A stretch of DNA of 64,000 nt from an uncultured Roseburia sp. (GTDB lineage: Bacteria > Bacillota > Clostridia > Lachnospirales > Lachnospiraceae), in the NCBI GenBank assembly GCA_900539115.1, contig UQAQ01000001.1, positions 21,368 through 85,367 on the forward strand. The letters run 5' to 3'. Position numbers and translations under genes: made by a program. How positions within the stretch are numbered: the first letter of the stretch is position 1; the number at the start of each line of letters is the position of its first letter. This document shows, in pieces, positions 40,453 to 50,531 of the stretch. Under the pieces are notes generated by a model. The model was not told the DNA's origin and made no database searches. It saw only the letters and a program-made list of their open reading frames with translations.

Positions 40453-42126
40453 ATGGATATGATGGAAAATTATAAAAGATGGCTTGGAAAAGTGACAGAA
40501 GAAGATCTTTTAACAGAATTGAAAGCCATCGAGGGAAAGGAAGAAGAAATTAACGATCGCTTTTACCGCGATCTGGAATTTGGTACCGGCGGACTTCGTG
40601 GTGTGATCGGAGCAGGAACCTATCGTATGAATGAGCATACGGTAGCCAGAGCGACACAGGGATACAGCAATTATTTGAACAAAGCTGCTAAAAACCCTTC
40701 GGTATCGATCGCTTATGACAGCCGTAATAAATCCGACATTTTCGCAAAAACGGCGGCAAGTGTATTTGCAGCCAATGGGATATTGGTAAATATTTACAAA
40801 GAATTGATGCCTACACCATCTCTTTCCTATGCTGTGCGTGCATTGAACTGTGATGGCGGTATCGTAGTGACAGCAAGCCATAACCCTGCAAAATACAATG
40901 GTTACAAAGTATATGGAGCCGATGGATGTCAGATTACTTTGGAAGTGGCAGACGCTATCCTGGCGGAGATTGAAGCGGTAGATGTGTTTGATGATGTAAA
41001 GATCATGGATTTTGAAGCCGGACTTTCCGAAGGAAAGATTAAATATATCGAAGATGACGTAATTACCGGATTTATTGATGCCGTTTCCGAGCGCGCATTG
41101 AATCCGAAAGAGATTGACAAAAATGTATCCATCGTATACACGCCACTCAACGGAACCGGCCGTTACTGTGTGACGAGATGTCTGAAAGAAAATGGTTACA
41201 CACAGATCACGATTCCAAAAGAGCAGGAAATGCCGGATGGAAACTTTACCTCTTGTCCATATCCAAATCCTGAGATCCGCGAGGCATTGGAAGTTGGTTT
41301 GAAAAAGGCAAAAGAAGTAGGAAGCGACCTCCTTCTGGCAACGGATCCGGACTGTGACCGTGTCGGCGTAGCCGTAAAAGAAGGCGACGATTATCAGTTA
41401 ATTTCCGGAAATCAGATGGGAATCCTTCTCTTTGACTATATTTGCAAGACGTACAAAGCAAATGGAACAATGCCGGAAAATCCGGTGGTTGTAACGACGA
41501 TCGTATCGACGAAAATGATTGACAAGATTGCTGCAGATTATGGCGTAGAGGTAAGACGTGTGCTTACCGGATTCAAATTTATCGGCGAGCAGATCGGATT
41601 TTTGGAAGCAGACGGAGAGGTAGACCGTTATATCTTCGGATTTGAAGAGAGTTATGGTTATCTGAGCGGCGGACATGTTCGTGACAAAGACGGAGTGAAT
41701 GCCTCCCTTTTGATCTGTGAGATGTTTGCACATTACAAAGCCCTGGGAATTTCTTTGGTACAGATGTTGAATCAGTTGTATGAAAAATATGGTTATTTCA
41801 AAGAAGCTCTTCAGTCCATTACTTTTGAAGGAGCCAGCGGTGCGAAGAAGATGGCAGATCTGATGGAAAGCCTTCGTACGAATGCACCAAAAGAAGTGGC
41901 TGGTTATAAAGTGATCGATGTGAAAGATTATAAGGCCGGAATTGGAAATCTTCCAAAATCCAACGTGTTGGAGTTCAATATGGAAGATGACATCAATGTT
42001 TTGGTTCGCCCATCCGGAACAGAGCCAAAGATCAAGATGTATTATCTGGTAAAGGGAAGCAGCGAACAGGCTGGTGCAGAGATTGTAGCTGCTCTCGAAT
42101 CTTATTTCACAGAGGTTTGTAAATAA
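40453..42126 (+). CDS. Phosphohexomutase (phosphoglucomutase/phosphomannomutase family)
   Basis: It has the active-site loop TASHNPAKYNGYKV and a metal loop. It is 557 aa long. In this context it probably supplies mannose-1-P or glucose-1-P. Confidence 0.85.
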   Translation: MDMMENYKRWLGKVTEEDLLTELKAIEGKEEEINDRFYRDLEFGTGGLRGVIGAGTYRMNEHTVARATQGYSNYLNKAAKNPSVSIAYDSRNKSDIFAKTAASVFAANGILVNIYKELMPTPSLSYAVRALNCDGGIVVTASHNPAKYNGYKVYGADGCQITLEVADAILAEIEAVDVFDDVKIMDFEAGLSEGKIKYIEDDVITGFIDAVSERALNPKEIDKNVSIVYTPLNGTGRYCVTRCLKENGYTQITIPKEQEMPDGNFTSCPYPNPEIREALEVGLKKAKEVGSDLLLATDPDCDRVGVAVKEGDDYQLISGNQMGILLFDYICKTYKANGTMPENPVVVTTIVSTKMIDKIAADYGVEVRRVLTGFKFIGEQIGFLEADGEVDRYIFGFEESYGYLSGGHVRDKDGVNASLLICEMFAHYKALGISLVQMLNQLYEKYGYFKEALQSITFEGASGAKKMADLMESLRTNAPKEVAGYKVIDVKDYKAGIGNLPKSNVLEFNMEDDINVLVRPSGTEPKIKMYYLVKGSSEQAGAEIVAALESYFTEVCK

Positions 42127-42147
42127 TTGTAAGAATGAAAATAATGA

Positions 42148-42190
42148 GGCACCAATTTGATGAACTTGAATTGGTGCCCCTTGTCATGTT
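42148..42190 (+). terminator. Rho-independent terminator after the phosphomutase gene
   Basis: A perfect 10-bp stem (ggcaccaatt / aattggtgcc) with an 11-nt loop, followed by a T-rich tract. Confidence 0.55.
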
Positions 42191-42205
42191 ATGTAGGAGG
42201 TCAGA

Positions 42206-44869
42206 ATGAACGGACAGAAAAAGAAACATATCCGGTTTATCCTAGAATACACTGCGTCGTTTGCAGTGCTTTTTCTGTTGATCTATCTTGGATTTATTTT
42301 GAATCATCGTTCGTTTATTTGGTTTTATGACGGAAATAAACAGCATTTTCCGGCCCTCCTTTATCTGCGTGATTATTATCTCAAAGTGGCAGGAAATCTC
42401 TTTTCCGGTCATTTTACCCTGCCGATGTTCGATTTTTCCATCGGTATGGGAGAAGATATCCTGACGACATTGAACTTTTACGGTATGGGAGATCCGCTGA
42501 CGCTGCTTTCTGTTTTTGTGCCGAAGCAGCATATGGAAATGTTTTACGATTTTCTCGTTGCTTTCCGCATGTATCTGGCAGGACTTACTTTTATTTTTTA
42601 CTGCCGCAACAGAGGAAAAGGGCGGGCAGTGAGTTTAGCCGGTGCGTGGCTGTACGTATTTTCCGGTTATGTTCTTCATGTCGCGGTAAAACATCCCTTT
42701 TTTATCTCGCCGATGATCCTGCTTCCCCTTATGCTGACGGGGGTGGACCGGTATCGGGAGAAAAAAAGAGGCGGTCTGTTGATCGGAAGTGTGTTTTTGT
42801 GTGCACTCAATGGATTTTATTTTTTCTATATGAACAGCATCTTTGTGTGCCTGTCCGCATTGATCTCGGTATTTGCCGGTAAAATGCAGGGAAAAATAAA
42901 AGTTTTCTGTGGCTTTGCCCTTAGATATGTGGCGGGGACAGCGATGGCAGCGAGCTTGTTCCTTCCGGTGATACTGTCATTTCTTTCCAGCAGCCGAAAT
43001 GACAGTGCCGTGAATCCTGGAAATTTATGGCTCTTTGACGGGGAAAGGTATCTGACAATCTTTTCCGGACTGATCGGAACGCCACACATTACATGGGATT
43101 ATCTGGGGATGGCGGCGATTGTGCTTCCGGCGTTGATCGTCCTTTTTGCAACCCGCGGACGGTGGAAATTGAAAAGCAGTTTTTTAATCTGGACTTTGAT
43201 GATGTTAATTCCGGCGGGCGGCTATATTATGAATGGTTTTTCGTATGTGTCGGGGCGTTTTTTATACCTTGTGACATTTGTATATGCGTATTGTGTCGTC
43301 GAAGTGCTTCCGAAATTTATGACAATGAAGCGGCTTTCCAAGGTGCTCATGCTGGTTATGGCAATTGGATATACTACAGCTGCAGCGTTCGGAGAAGAAA
43401 AGGATCTGTGGTATACATGGTTTGGTGTTGTGACCCTGATATTGACAATACTTGTATTGTTTTTACTTGCGTCCCGGTGGGCGGCTCGATGGCGGTGGCA
43501 GGTGAAAATGTCACTTGTTCTCGTGATGCTTGCCATTTCGCTTATAGGGAATGGCTGGCTGCTTTTTGACAGCCACGCACAAAATTATATGGACCAGTTT
43601 CTTCCGCAGGGACAGGCTTCGGCAAATCTGGCAGAGGCGGCAGAAACGGAAGTGGAAAAATGTGCAGATGATGAATTTTACCGCGTCGACGTGCAGGATA
43701 AAGAAATCCAGAATACGGGGCTTGCTAGCGGGATCTATGGGGTGTCGACATATCTGAGTTTGTCCAATCCATACCGCTTATCGTGGGATAGTGCGGTCGA
43801 AAATGGTGCCGTCGAAGACAGTATGTTTAAAGTGAATGGACTGGATCAGCGAAGCGGACTGGAGGCACTTGCCTGTGTGCGTTATTATATCGCGCCGGCT
43901 GGAGATGACAGCAAAGTGCCTTGCGGATTTGAACGGCGGAAAACCTTTACGAAAAACAGAGCCGCCTATGATCTGTATGAAAATCCGACGCCATTGGCAT
44001 TTGGGACAACTTACGATGCGGTTCAAAAGAAAACAGAGGAATGGGAAAAAGCGAGTGGCTGCGAAAAGGAAAGCAGGATGCTTACGACGATGGTTCGGGA
44101 TGACATTGAGGATAAGACAAGTGTAGAAACAGGAAAAGCAAAAGATTTCGGGACGCCGGAACTCCCGTATGAGATTACCGGAAAACGGCGGATCGAGATT
44201 CGGGGAGAGGATATCATTGTAAAGAAAAAACACGCCCGCCTGAAACTAAAGGTGGAAGCAGACCATCTTGCAGAAACCTATGTGAGACTGGGAGATTATG
44301 AGATCACGAATGAGCGATTTCGTTATTGTGACATAACCGCATCGCTGGGAACGGTACAAAAGTCACTTCGTGTGCTGACTCCGGAATGGAACTGGTATTT
44401 TGGCAGAAAGGAATATTTGTTTCATCTTGGAAAAATGTCCGGCGAGATGGAGATCACATTGGAATTTCAGGTAGAGGGAAGAGTTTCCAAGAAAGATCTT
44501 CAGGTATTTGGAAAAAAAGAAGAGACGATAAAAACACAGATCAATCGTAGAAATGAGTACACTCTGCAGAATATAAAACGGACCGGTAATATCGTCCGCG
44601 GCGAGATCAATGTGCCGGAAAAACGGTATTTGCAATTGTCTGTTCCGTATAGCAGCGGATGGCGTGCTTATGTGGATGGAAAGGAAACGGAGACGTATGC
44701 CGCCAATGTCATGTTTTTAGGAATGGACATCCCGGCGGGAAACCATACGGTGGAAATCCGTTACCGGACACCGGGACTGGTGGCCGGTGTGATACTTAGT
44801 CTGATCGGATGTCTGGCGGCAGGCTTTATCCTGTGGTATGAGAGAAAGGAGAGAAAACATGGATTATAA
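42206..44869 (+). CDS. YfhO-like large membrane glycosyltransferase (GT-C fold candidate), 887 aa
   Basis: It has ~14 N-terminal TM helices, a large extracytoplasmic domain and a C-terminal TM anchor. This is the size and topology of YfhO-family proteins. Confidence 0.5.
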   Translation: MNGQKKKHIRFILEYTASFAVLFLLIYLGFILNHRSFIWFYDGNKQHFPALLYLRDYYLKVAGNLFSGHFTLPMFDFSIGMGEDILTTLNFYGMGDPLTLLSVFVPKQHMEMFYDFLVAFRMYLAGLTFIFYCRNRGKGRAVSLAGAWLYVFSGYVLHVAVKHPFFISPMILLPLMLTGVDRYREKKRGGLLIGSVFLCALNGFYFFYMNSIFVCLSALISVFAGKMQGKIKVFCGFALRYVAGTAMAASLFLPVILSFLSSSRNDSAVNPGNLWLFDGERYLTIFSGLIGTPHITWDYLGMAAIVLPALIVLFATRGRWKLKSSFLIWTLMMLIPAGGYIMNGFSYVSGRFLYLVTFVYAYCVVEVLPKFMTMKRLSKVLMLVMAIGYTTAAAFGEEKDLWYTWFGVVTLILTILVLFLLASRWAARWRWQVKMSLVLVMLAISLIGNGWLLFDSHAQNYMDQFLPQGQASANLAEAAETEVEKCADDEFYRVDVQDKEIQNTGLASGIYGVSTYLSLSNPYRLSWDSAVENGAVEDSMFKVNGLDQRSGLEALACVRYYIAPAGDDSKVPCGFERRKTFTKNRAAYDLYENPTPLAFGTTYDAVQKKTEEWEKASGCEKESRMLTTMVRDDIEDKTSVETGKAKDFGTPELPYEITGKRRIEIRGEDIIVKKKHARLKLKVEADHLAETYVRLGDYEITNERFRYCDITASLGTVQKSLRVLTPEWNWYFGRKEYLFHLGKMSGEMEITLEFQVEGRVSKKDLQVFGKKEETIKTQINRRNEYTLQNIKRTGNIVRGEINVPEKRYLQLSVPYSSGWRAYVDGKETETYAANVMFLGMDIPAGNHTVEIRYRTPGLVAGVILSLIGCLAAGFILWYERKERKHGL

Positions 44870-47519
44870 ATACAAATTTTCGGTCGTGATCCCGGTTTAT
44901 AATGTGGAAGGATATCTCGCGGAAACATTGGACTCCGTGATCGGGCAGAGCATTGGCTTTGAAAATAATATCCAGATTATCCTTGTCAATGACGGAAGTC
45001 CGGATGACAGCGAAAAAATCTGCCTGGAATATGCAAAAAAATATCCGGATAACATCCTTTATCTGAAGCAGGAAAACAAAGGCGTCAGTGCGGCGAGAAA
45101 TTACGGAATGCAGTATGTAGAGGGAAAATATGTGAATTTTCTGGATTCGGATGATAAGTGGACCAGCGGAAGTTTTCAGGCAGTGTACGATTTTTTTGAA
45201 AAACGTCGGGACAAGATTGACTTGGTGGCCTGTCCACAGAAATTTTTTGAGGCAAGAGACGATTATCACTGGCTTTTCTTTAAATATGAGCAGGGGAGCC
45301 GGATTATCGATGTATTGGAAAAATATAATTATGTGCAGATGCATGTGACGGCTTCCTTTGTGAAAGCAGAGGTTTTGAAAACGCACCGGTTTGATGAAAA
45401 ATTGAAATTTGCGGAAGACTCCAAATTTGTCAATTCCATCATTTTGGATAAATTGAAATACGGTGTCGTGGCAGATGCCCTTCATCTGTACCGCAAGCGT
45501 GTGAATGCTTCTTCGGCGATCCAGAACAAGGGAACATCCAAAGAATGGTATCTTGACACGCCGGAACATTATTATCTGGAGCTGATTCAGGAGTCATTGG
45601 ATAAATACGGAACCGTTCTTTTGTACATTCAGTATTTGATCTTGTACGATTTTCAATGGCGGCTCCGCGATGACCTGAATGGGATATTGACGGAAGAAGA
45701 GCAGGAGTGGTACAAGGAATGGCTGCGGAAAATGCTGCAATATATGGATGACGATCTGATCTGTCATCTGGACAAAATGTATGTCGAGTATAAATTGTAT
45801 GCGCTCTCGCTCAAATATGGCAGAGACATCCGCAAAGAACTGGTATACCGGCGGGGAGCCTTGTATTTCGATCATATTAAAATGTACAGTCTGCAGGCAA
45901 AGTCGCTGTTTTCTGTCGATGTGCTGAATATCCACGAAGATTGTCTGGAACTTGCCGGAAGAATCTGGTGTCCGTTTGCCGATGATCTCACGATCACAGT
46001 GGAAAATGACCGGGGCGAGAGTTTTCCGGTTACTTCCAAGCCGGCACAGTTTCGAAAGGCAGTGATTTTTGGGGAAGAAATGATGCGCGTGCGCGGGTAT
46101 GAGATCCGGCTGCCGCTTGAAGATGCGACGACGTATGAAGTTTACGGGCAGTATCAGGACAATATGCCGCAGCGGTTATTTATCAAACTTGGTAAGTTTT
46201 CCCATCTGAGTCCGAATGTGGAGCAGTTGTATTTCCACAATCACGGATTTATGGTAAGTACCAATCCGGAAAATACAAAATTGTTTGTCGAAAAGAAACG
46301 CGGCTGGAAACATTTGGCAAAAGAATGTGCGCTTTTAAAGCGGTGTTTTCATGATAAAAAGAAAGCGATTGCCGGATACCGCATTCTGGCACATAGTATC
46401 CGCCCATTTTTGCGGAAAGAGCGCTGGCTTGTGATGGAACGCATCAATGTAGCGGGCGACAATGCCGAACATTTTTATAAATATTTGAAGCGGGCGGAAG
46501 AAAAAGATGTAAAATCACGATTTACATTGTCGGAGGACAGTGTGGATTATGAAAAAATGAAAGCTGTCGGACCGGTGCTTCCGTTCCGAAAATTTCATTA
46601 TAAATTGTTTGTGCTGCTTGCCAAACATATTATTTCTTCTCAGGGCGAGGACAATATTTTCAATCCGTGGGATGACGACAGCGAATATATCCGCGATCTG
46701 TACAAGTACAATTTTGTATTTTTGCAGCATGGTATCATTAAGGATGACTTGTCGCAGTGGCTGAACCGGTTCAATAAAAATCTACAGATGTTTGTTACGT
46801 CAGCAAAGCCGGAGTATGAGTCTATTTTGAATGGCGATTATTTTTATGATGAGTCGGTCGTGAAATTGACGGGACTTCCGAGATATGACAATTTGAAACA
46901 GGAAAGTGCCCCGCAGAAGACCATTTTGATCCTGCCGACATGGCGTGCGGCTCTTGCCTGCCGTCTGAACAATGATACCGGCGAGCGTATTTACAATCCG
47001 TTGTTTAAATATTCGGAATTTTACCGTTTTTACAATGCACTGATTCACGATGAGAGACTGCTTCGCATCATGAAGGAAAAAGGGTACCGTGGGAAATTTT
47101 TCCTGCATACCCATCATAAGGTGCAGCTGAAAGATTTTACCGGAAATGATATTATCGAAGTGATGCAGGATGGAATTGATTACCAGGAGGAATTTCGAAA
47201 CAATGCACTTCTTGTGACAGATTTTTCCAGTGTTGCCTTTGACTTTGCGTATTTGAAAAAGCCGGTCATTTATGCCCAGTTTGATAAAGATACCTTCTTT
47301 CAGGGGCAGGTGTATTCGGAAGGATATTTCGATTATGAGAGAGATGGGCTGGGACCGGTGTGCTATGATTATGAATCAACGATAGAGGCGTTAATCCATG
47401 CAATCGAGAACGAGTGCGTGCTGGATCCGTTGTACGACGAGCGCGGCAATGCCTTTTACCGCTGGTTTGACCAGGATAACTGTAAACGAGTTTATGATGA
47501 GATAAGGAGATTGCATTGA
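44859..47519 (+). CDS. Bifunctional GT2 glycosyltransferase + CDP-glycerol/ribitol-phosphate transferase (TagF-like) fusion
   Basis: The N-terminus (FSVVIPVYNVEGYL..LVNDGSPDDS) is a GT2 domain. The C-terminal ~380 aa carry the TagF/TarF-type motif ILILPTWRAA and a His-containing catalytic region. The start at the ATG at 44859 lies behind AAGGAGAG and overlaps the 3' end of the previous gene. Confidence 0.75.
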   Translation: MDYKYKFSVVIPVYNVEGYLAETLDSVIGQSIGFENNIQIILVNDGSPDDSEKICLEYAKKYPDNILYLKQENKGVSAARNYGMQYVEGKYVNFLDSDDKWTSGSFQAVYDFFEKRRDKIDLVACPQKFFEARDDYHWLFFKYEQGSRIIDVLEKYNYVQMHVTASFVKAEVLKTHRFDEKLKFAEDSKFVNSIILDKLKYGVVADALHLYRKRVNASSAIQNKGTSKEWYLDTPEHYYLELIQESLDKYGTVLLYIQYLILYDFQWRLRDDLNGILTEEEQEWYKEWLRKMLQYMDDDLICHLDKMYVEYKLYALSLKYGRDIRKELVYRRGALYFDHIKMYSLQAKSLFSVDVLNIHEDCLELAGRIWCPFADDLTITVENDRGESFPVTSKPAQFRKAVIFGEEMMRVRGYEIRLPLEDATTYEVYGQYQDNMPQRLFIKLGKFSHLSPNVEQLYFHNHGFMVSTNPENTKLFVEKKRGWKHLAKECALLKRCFHDKKKAIAGYRILAHSIRPFLRKERWLVMERINVAGDNAEHFYKYLKRAEEKDVKSRFTLSEDSVDYEKMKAVGPVLPFRKFHYKLFVLLAKHIISSQGEDNIFNPWDDDSEYIRDLYKYNFVFLQHGIIKDDLSQWLNRFNKNLQMFVTSAKPEYESILNGDYFYDESVVKLTGLPRYDNLKQESAPQKTILILPTWRAALACRLNNDTGERIYNPLFKYSEFYRFYNALIHDERLLRIMKEKGYRGKFFLHTHHKVQLKDFTGNDIIEVMQDGIDYQEEFRNNALLVTDFSSVAFDFAYLKKPVIYAQFDKDTFFQGQVYSEGYFDYERDGLGPVCYDYESTIEALIHAIENECVLDPLYDERGNAFYRWFDQDNCKRVYDEIRRLH

Positions 47520-48715
47520 AACAACAGTCATTTATTTTTTGGAAAGAATTGACAAAAGAATATGTGCCGGGAAAAGATGCCCTTGTCCTTTCAAAGCGGG
47601 AGAAGAAACGACTCGATGCCTTTCTTGCTTCTCTGAAACCGGATGTGATGATGGTCGTTCTCTCGGATGAGCCGGTGGAGGGAAAACAGCATATGGCGTA
47701 TGTGAAGGAGCATTATAATGTCGGAACGATCGATGCTTCCCGACTGCTGGTCCGTCCGGAGTTTGTGGCTTTGATACGAAAAAAAGAAAGCGATGGGGAT
47801 TTTGCGCTTCTCTGCCGGCTGTACGAGACGGCAGAAAAATTTGCGGTTTATGAGCGGAAAGAAGAGGACATTATCGTGGATACAAACCGTCCCCGCACAT
47901 GGAATGAGGCGGGGGAATATCCGGTTTCCATCGTTATGTATAAAAATATATGGAAACGCCTGCAGAAAAAACAGGGAAATGTGCTTCCGTTTTTCCAGCA
48001 TCTGCTGATTCAAAATCTGTTTCACGCCGGATTTACGGAAAAAGATTCGATGAGTGAAAATTTGAAACGGGATTTTATCTCGATTTTGGAAGGCATCGAA
48101 GATGATATTTTATGTGGCTGTGAGCAGATTCCGGATGATGTAAAAATCTGGCTGTTAGAAGCGAAAAAGCAAAAAACGATTTTGCCGGAACTTGTATACC
48201 GGAGCGGAAGACTGCGCTACCACAATCTTACGATTACGTCGCTAAAAGAAATGCCGTATGAGATAACATCGATCGCTTACCGGAAGAAAAAGCTCGTTGT
48301 AAGCGGCGAGGTGATTCAGCCGGCAGAGGATGCAGAGATCGTTTATTATGCGATGGACAACCGAAATAAAGAAGTTCCTTTTTCGGTGACAGAAAAAGAG
48401 GTATATTATCTGGGTGAAAAGAAACATACGAGAAAATGCTTTGAAGCCGAAATTCCGGTATCCACAAAGCCGGTGGGGCTGCGCTTTATGTACCGTTACC
48501 ATGAGTTATACCGTGCCAGAGTGCGGATGGCATTTGCCGGGGAATTGAAACTGGTGCCGGAAACCAAAGATGATTATGCGTTTTTGGATCAGCTGATGCT
48601 GCGTACGGAAAAGCGGATTTTGTTTGCTGCACCGCTGCAAAAGAAAACCCGGATAAAGCAGTTCTTTACATTTGGACGAAAAAGCATTAAAATAGAGACA
48701 GGATTACAACAGTAA
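47516..48715 (+). CDS. Hypothetical protein (399 aa), TTG start overlapping the stop of the GT2–TagF gene
   Basis: The reading frame is open with no recognisable motif, and there is no internal ATG for 45 codons. It could be an accessory subunit or the N-domain-like partner of the downstream TagF enzymes. Confidence 0.35.
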   Translation: MKQQSFIFWKELTKEYVPGKDALVLSKREKKRLDAFLASLKPDVMMVVLSDEPVEGKQHMAYVKEHYNVGTIDASRLLVRPEFVALIRKKESDGDFALLCRLYETAEKFAVYERKEEDIIVDTNRPRTWNEAGEYPVSIVMYKNIWKRLQKKQGNVLPFFQHLLIQNLFHAGFTEKDSMSENLKRDFISILEGIEDDILCGCEQIPDDVKIWLLEAKKQKTILPELVYRSGRLRYHNLTITSLKEMPYEITSIAYRKKKLVVSGEVIQPAEDAEIVYYAMDNRNKEVPFSVTEKEVYYLGEKKHTRKCFEAEIPVSTKPVGLRFMYRYHELYRARVRMAFAGELKLVPETKDDYAFLDQLMLRTEKRILFAAPLQKKTRIKQFFTFGRKSIKIETGLQQ

Positions 48716-48763
48716 ATACATCAGAAAATTTGTACTTGTTATTCTGGTGGAATGGAGGAAGTT

Positions 48764-49486
48764 ATGATTTATGGAGTAGTACTTGCCGGTGGTGTCGGAA
48801 GCCGGATGGGAAATGTCGGAAAACCAAAACAGTATCTGCTGGTAGGAGACAAACCGATCTTAATCCACACGTTGGAAAAATTTTACATGCAAAGTGAATT
48901 TGAAAAGGTTCTCGTATTGTGCCCGACCGAGTGGATCTCGCACACAAAGAACCTTGTTCGTAAATATATGAAAGACACTGAGAGAATTGTGGTTCTTGAA
49001 GGCGGCGAGACGAGAAATGAGACGATTATGAATTCGATCGCCTACATCGAAAAAGAGGGCAATCTTAATGAAGATACGATCATTGTCACACATGATTCGG
49101 TTCGTCCTTTTGTGACGCAGAGGATACTGGAGGAAAATATCCGCTATGCGAAAGAATACGGTGCCTGCGATACCGCAGTGGCAGCGACCGATACGATCGT
49201 GTGCAGCGAGGACAATGTGGTGATCAGCGATATTCCGGAGCGTCGCAAAATGTATCAGGGACAGACACCACAGACATTTAAGGCATTGAAACTCCGCCAA
49301 TTATATGAGGCGCTTAGTCCCAAGGAAAAAGAACTTTTGACGGATGCGGCAAAGATTTTTGTTATGAAAGGTGAAAAAGTTCATATCGTAGACGGAGAGG
49401 TGTTTAATATCAAGATTACCTATCCTTATGATCTGCGTGTGGCAGAAGCTTTGATCAAAGGGGAAGAAAACAAATCGGAAGGATGA
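48764..49486 (+). CDS. tarI: Ribitol-5-phosphate cytidylyltransferase (IspD family)
   Basis: MIYGVVLAGGVGSRMG is the IspD/TarI signature. It is adjacent to a TarJ-like dehydrogenase. The start was moved to the ATG at 48764, behind GGAGGA. Confidence 0.75.
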   Translation: MIYGVVLAGGVGSRMGNVGKPKQYLLVGDKPILIHTLEKFYMQSEFEKVLVLCPTEWISHTKNLVRKYMKDTERIVVLEGGETRNETIMNSIAYIEKEGNLNEDTIIVTHDSVRPFVTQRILEENIRYAKEYGACDTAVAATDTIVCSEDNVVISDIPERRKMYQGQTPQTFKALKLRQLYEALSPKEKELLTDAAKIFVMKGEKVHIVDGEVFNIKITYPYDLRVAEALIKGEENKSEG

Positions 49487-49495
49487 AATTAGACT

Positions 49496-50518
49496 ATGCT
49501 GAATGCAGTTTACCGTCTGGTTGCACCCAGACGATTTGAAGTAGAATTTACGGATATTGACCTGACAGCGGGCAATGTGATCGTCAGACCGACGTATTTG
49601 TCAATCTGTAATGCCGATCAGAGATATTATCAGGGAAAACGTGCGGAAGATGTTCTGCGTCAGAAATTGCCGATGGCATTGATCCATGAGGGGATTGGAC
49701 AGGTTGTTTATGATCCGGAAGGAGAATTTCAGGCAGGCGAAAAAGTGGTAATGATCCCCAATACACCGATGAGTGAAGATGAGATCATTGCAGAAAATTA
49801 TCGAAGAGATTCCAAATTCCGCGCCAGCGGTTTTGACGGCTTTATGCAGGATGTTGTGGATATTCGCAGAGACCGGCTAGTCCGTCTCCCGGAGAATATC
49901 AATCCGCTTGTGGCAGCATTTACGGAAATTGTATCGGTCAGTGTACATGCTCTCAGCCGGTTTGATCGAATTGCGCACAAACGCCGGGAATGTGTCGGCA
50001 TCTGGGGCGATGGAAATTTGGGTTATATTACTGCCGTATTTTTTAAGGCAATGTTCCCGGATACGAAGTTATGTATTTTTGGTGTAAACCGCGATAAATT
50101 GTCAGATTTTACCTTTGCAGATGAGACGTATGTGGTTTCCCGGATTCCGGAAGATCTGCAGATCGACCATGCGATTGAATGTGTCGGCGGCGAAGGTTCT
50201 CCGAAAGCAATCAATCAGATTATTGATTATATCCGCCCGGAGGGTACGATTGCGATTTTGGGCGTGTCGGAAAACCCGGTTTCAATCAACACCCGTATGA
50301 TGTTGGAAAAGGGACTTCGTATGTTTGGCAGCAGTCGAAGCGGCAGAGCGGATTTTATGAAAACCATTGAGTTGTATCAATCCAATCCGGAGATTCCGGA
50401 ATATCTGCAAAATATCGTAGGCGGTGTATTTAAAATTCGTTCGATCGATGATATGCGCAAAGCCTTTGAAGCAGATATACACAAAGAATTTGGAAAAACC
50501 ATTATGATATGGAGTTAA
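49496..50518 (+). CDS. tarJ: Ribulose-5-phosphate reductase (zinc-type alcohol dehydrogenase family)
   Basis: It has the MDR fold with the catalytic Zn ligand region SICNADQRYYQG. It is 340 aa long and forms a tarIJ pair. Confidence 0.7.
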   Translation: MLNAVYRLVAPRRFEVEFTDIDLTAGNVIVRPTYLSICNADQRYYQGKRAEDVLRQKLPMALIHEGIGQVVYDPEGEFQAGEKVVMIPNTPMSEDEIIAENYRRDSKFRASGFDGFMQDVVDIRRDRLVRLPENINPLVAAFTEIVSVSVHALSRFDRIAHKRRECVGIWGDGNLGYITAVFFKAMFPDTKLCIFGVNRDKLSDFTFADETYVVSRIPEDLQIDHAIECVGGEGSPKAINQIIDYIRPEGTIAILGVSENPVSINTRMMLEKGLRMFGSSRSGRADFMKTIELYQSNPEIPEYLQNIVGGVFKIRSIDDMRKAFEADIHKEFGKTIMIWS

Positions 50519-50531
50519 ATGGAGGATATTT

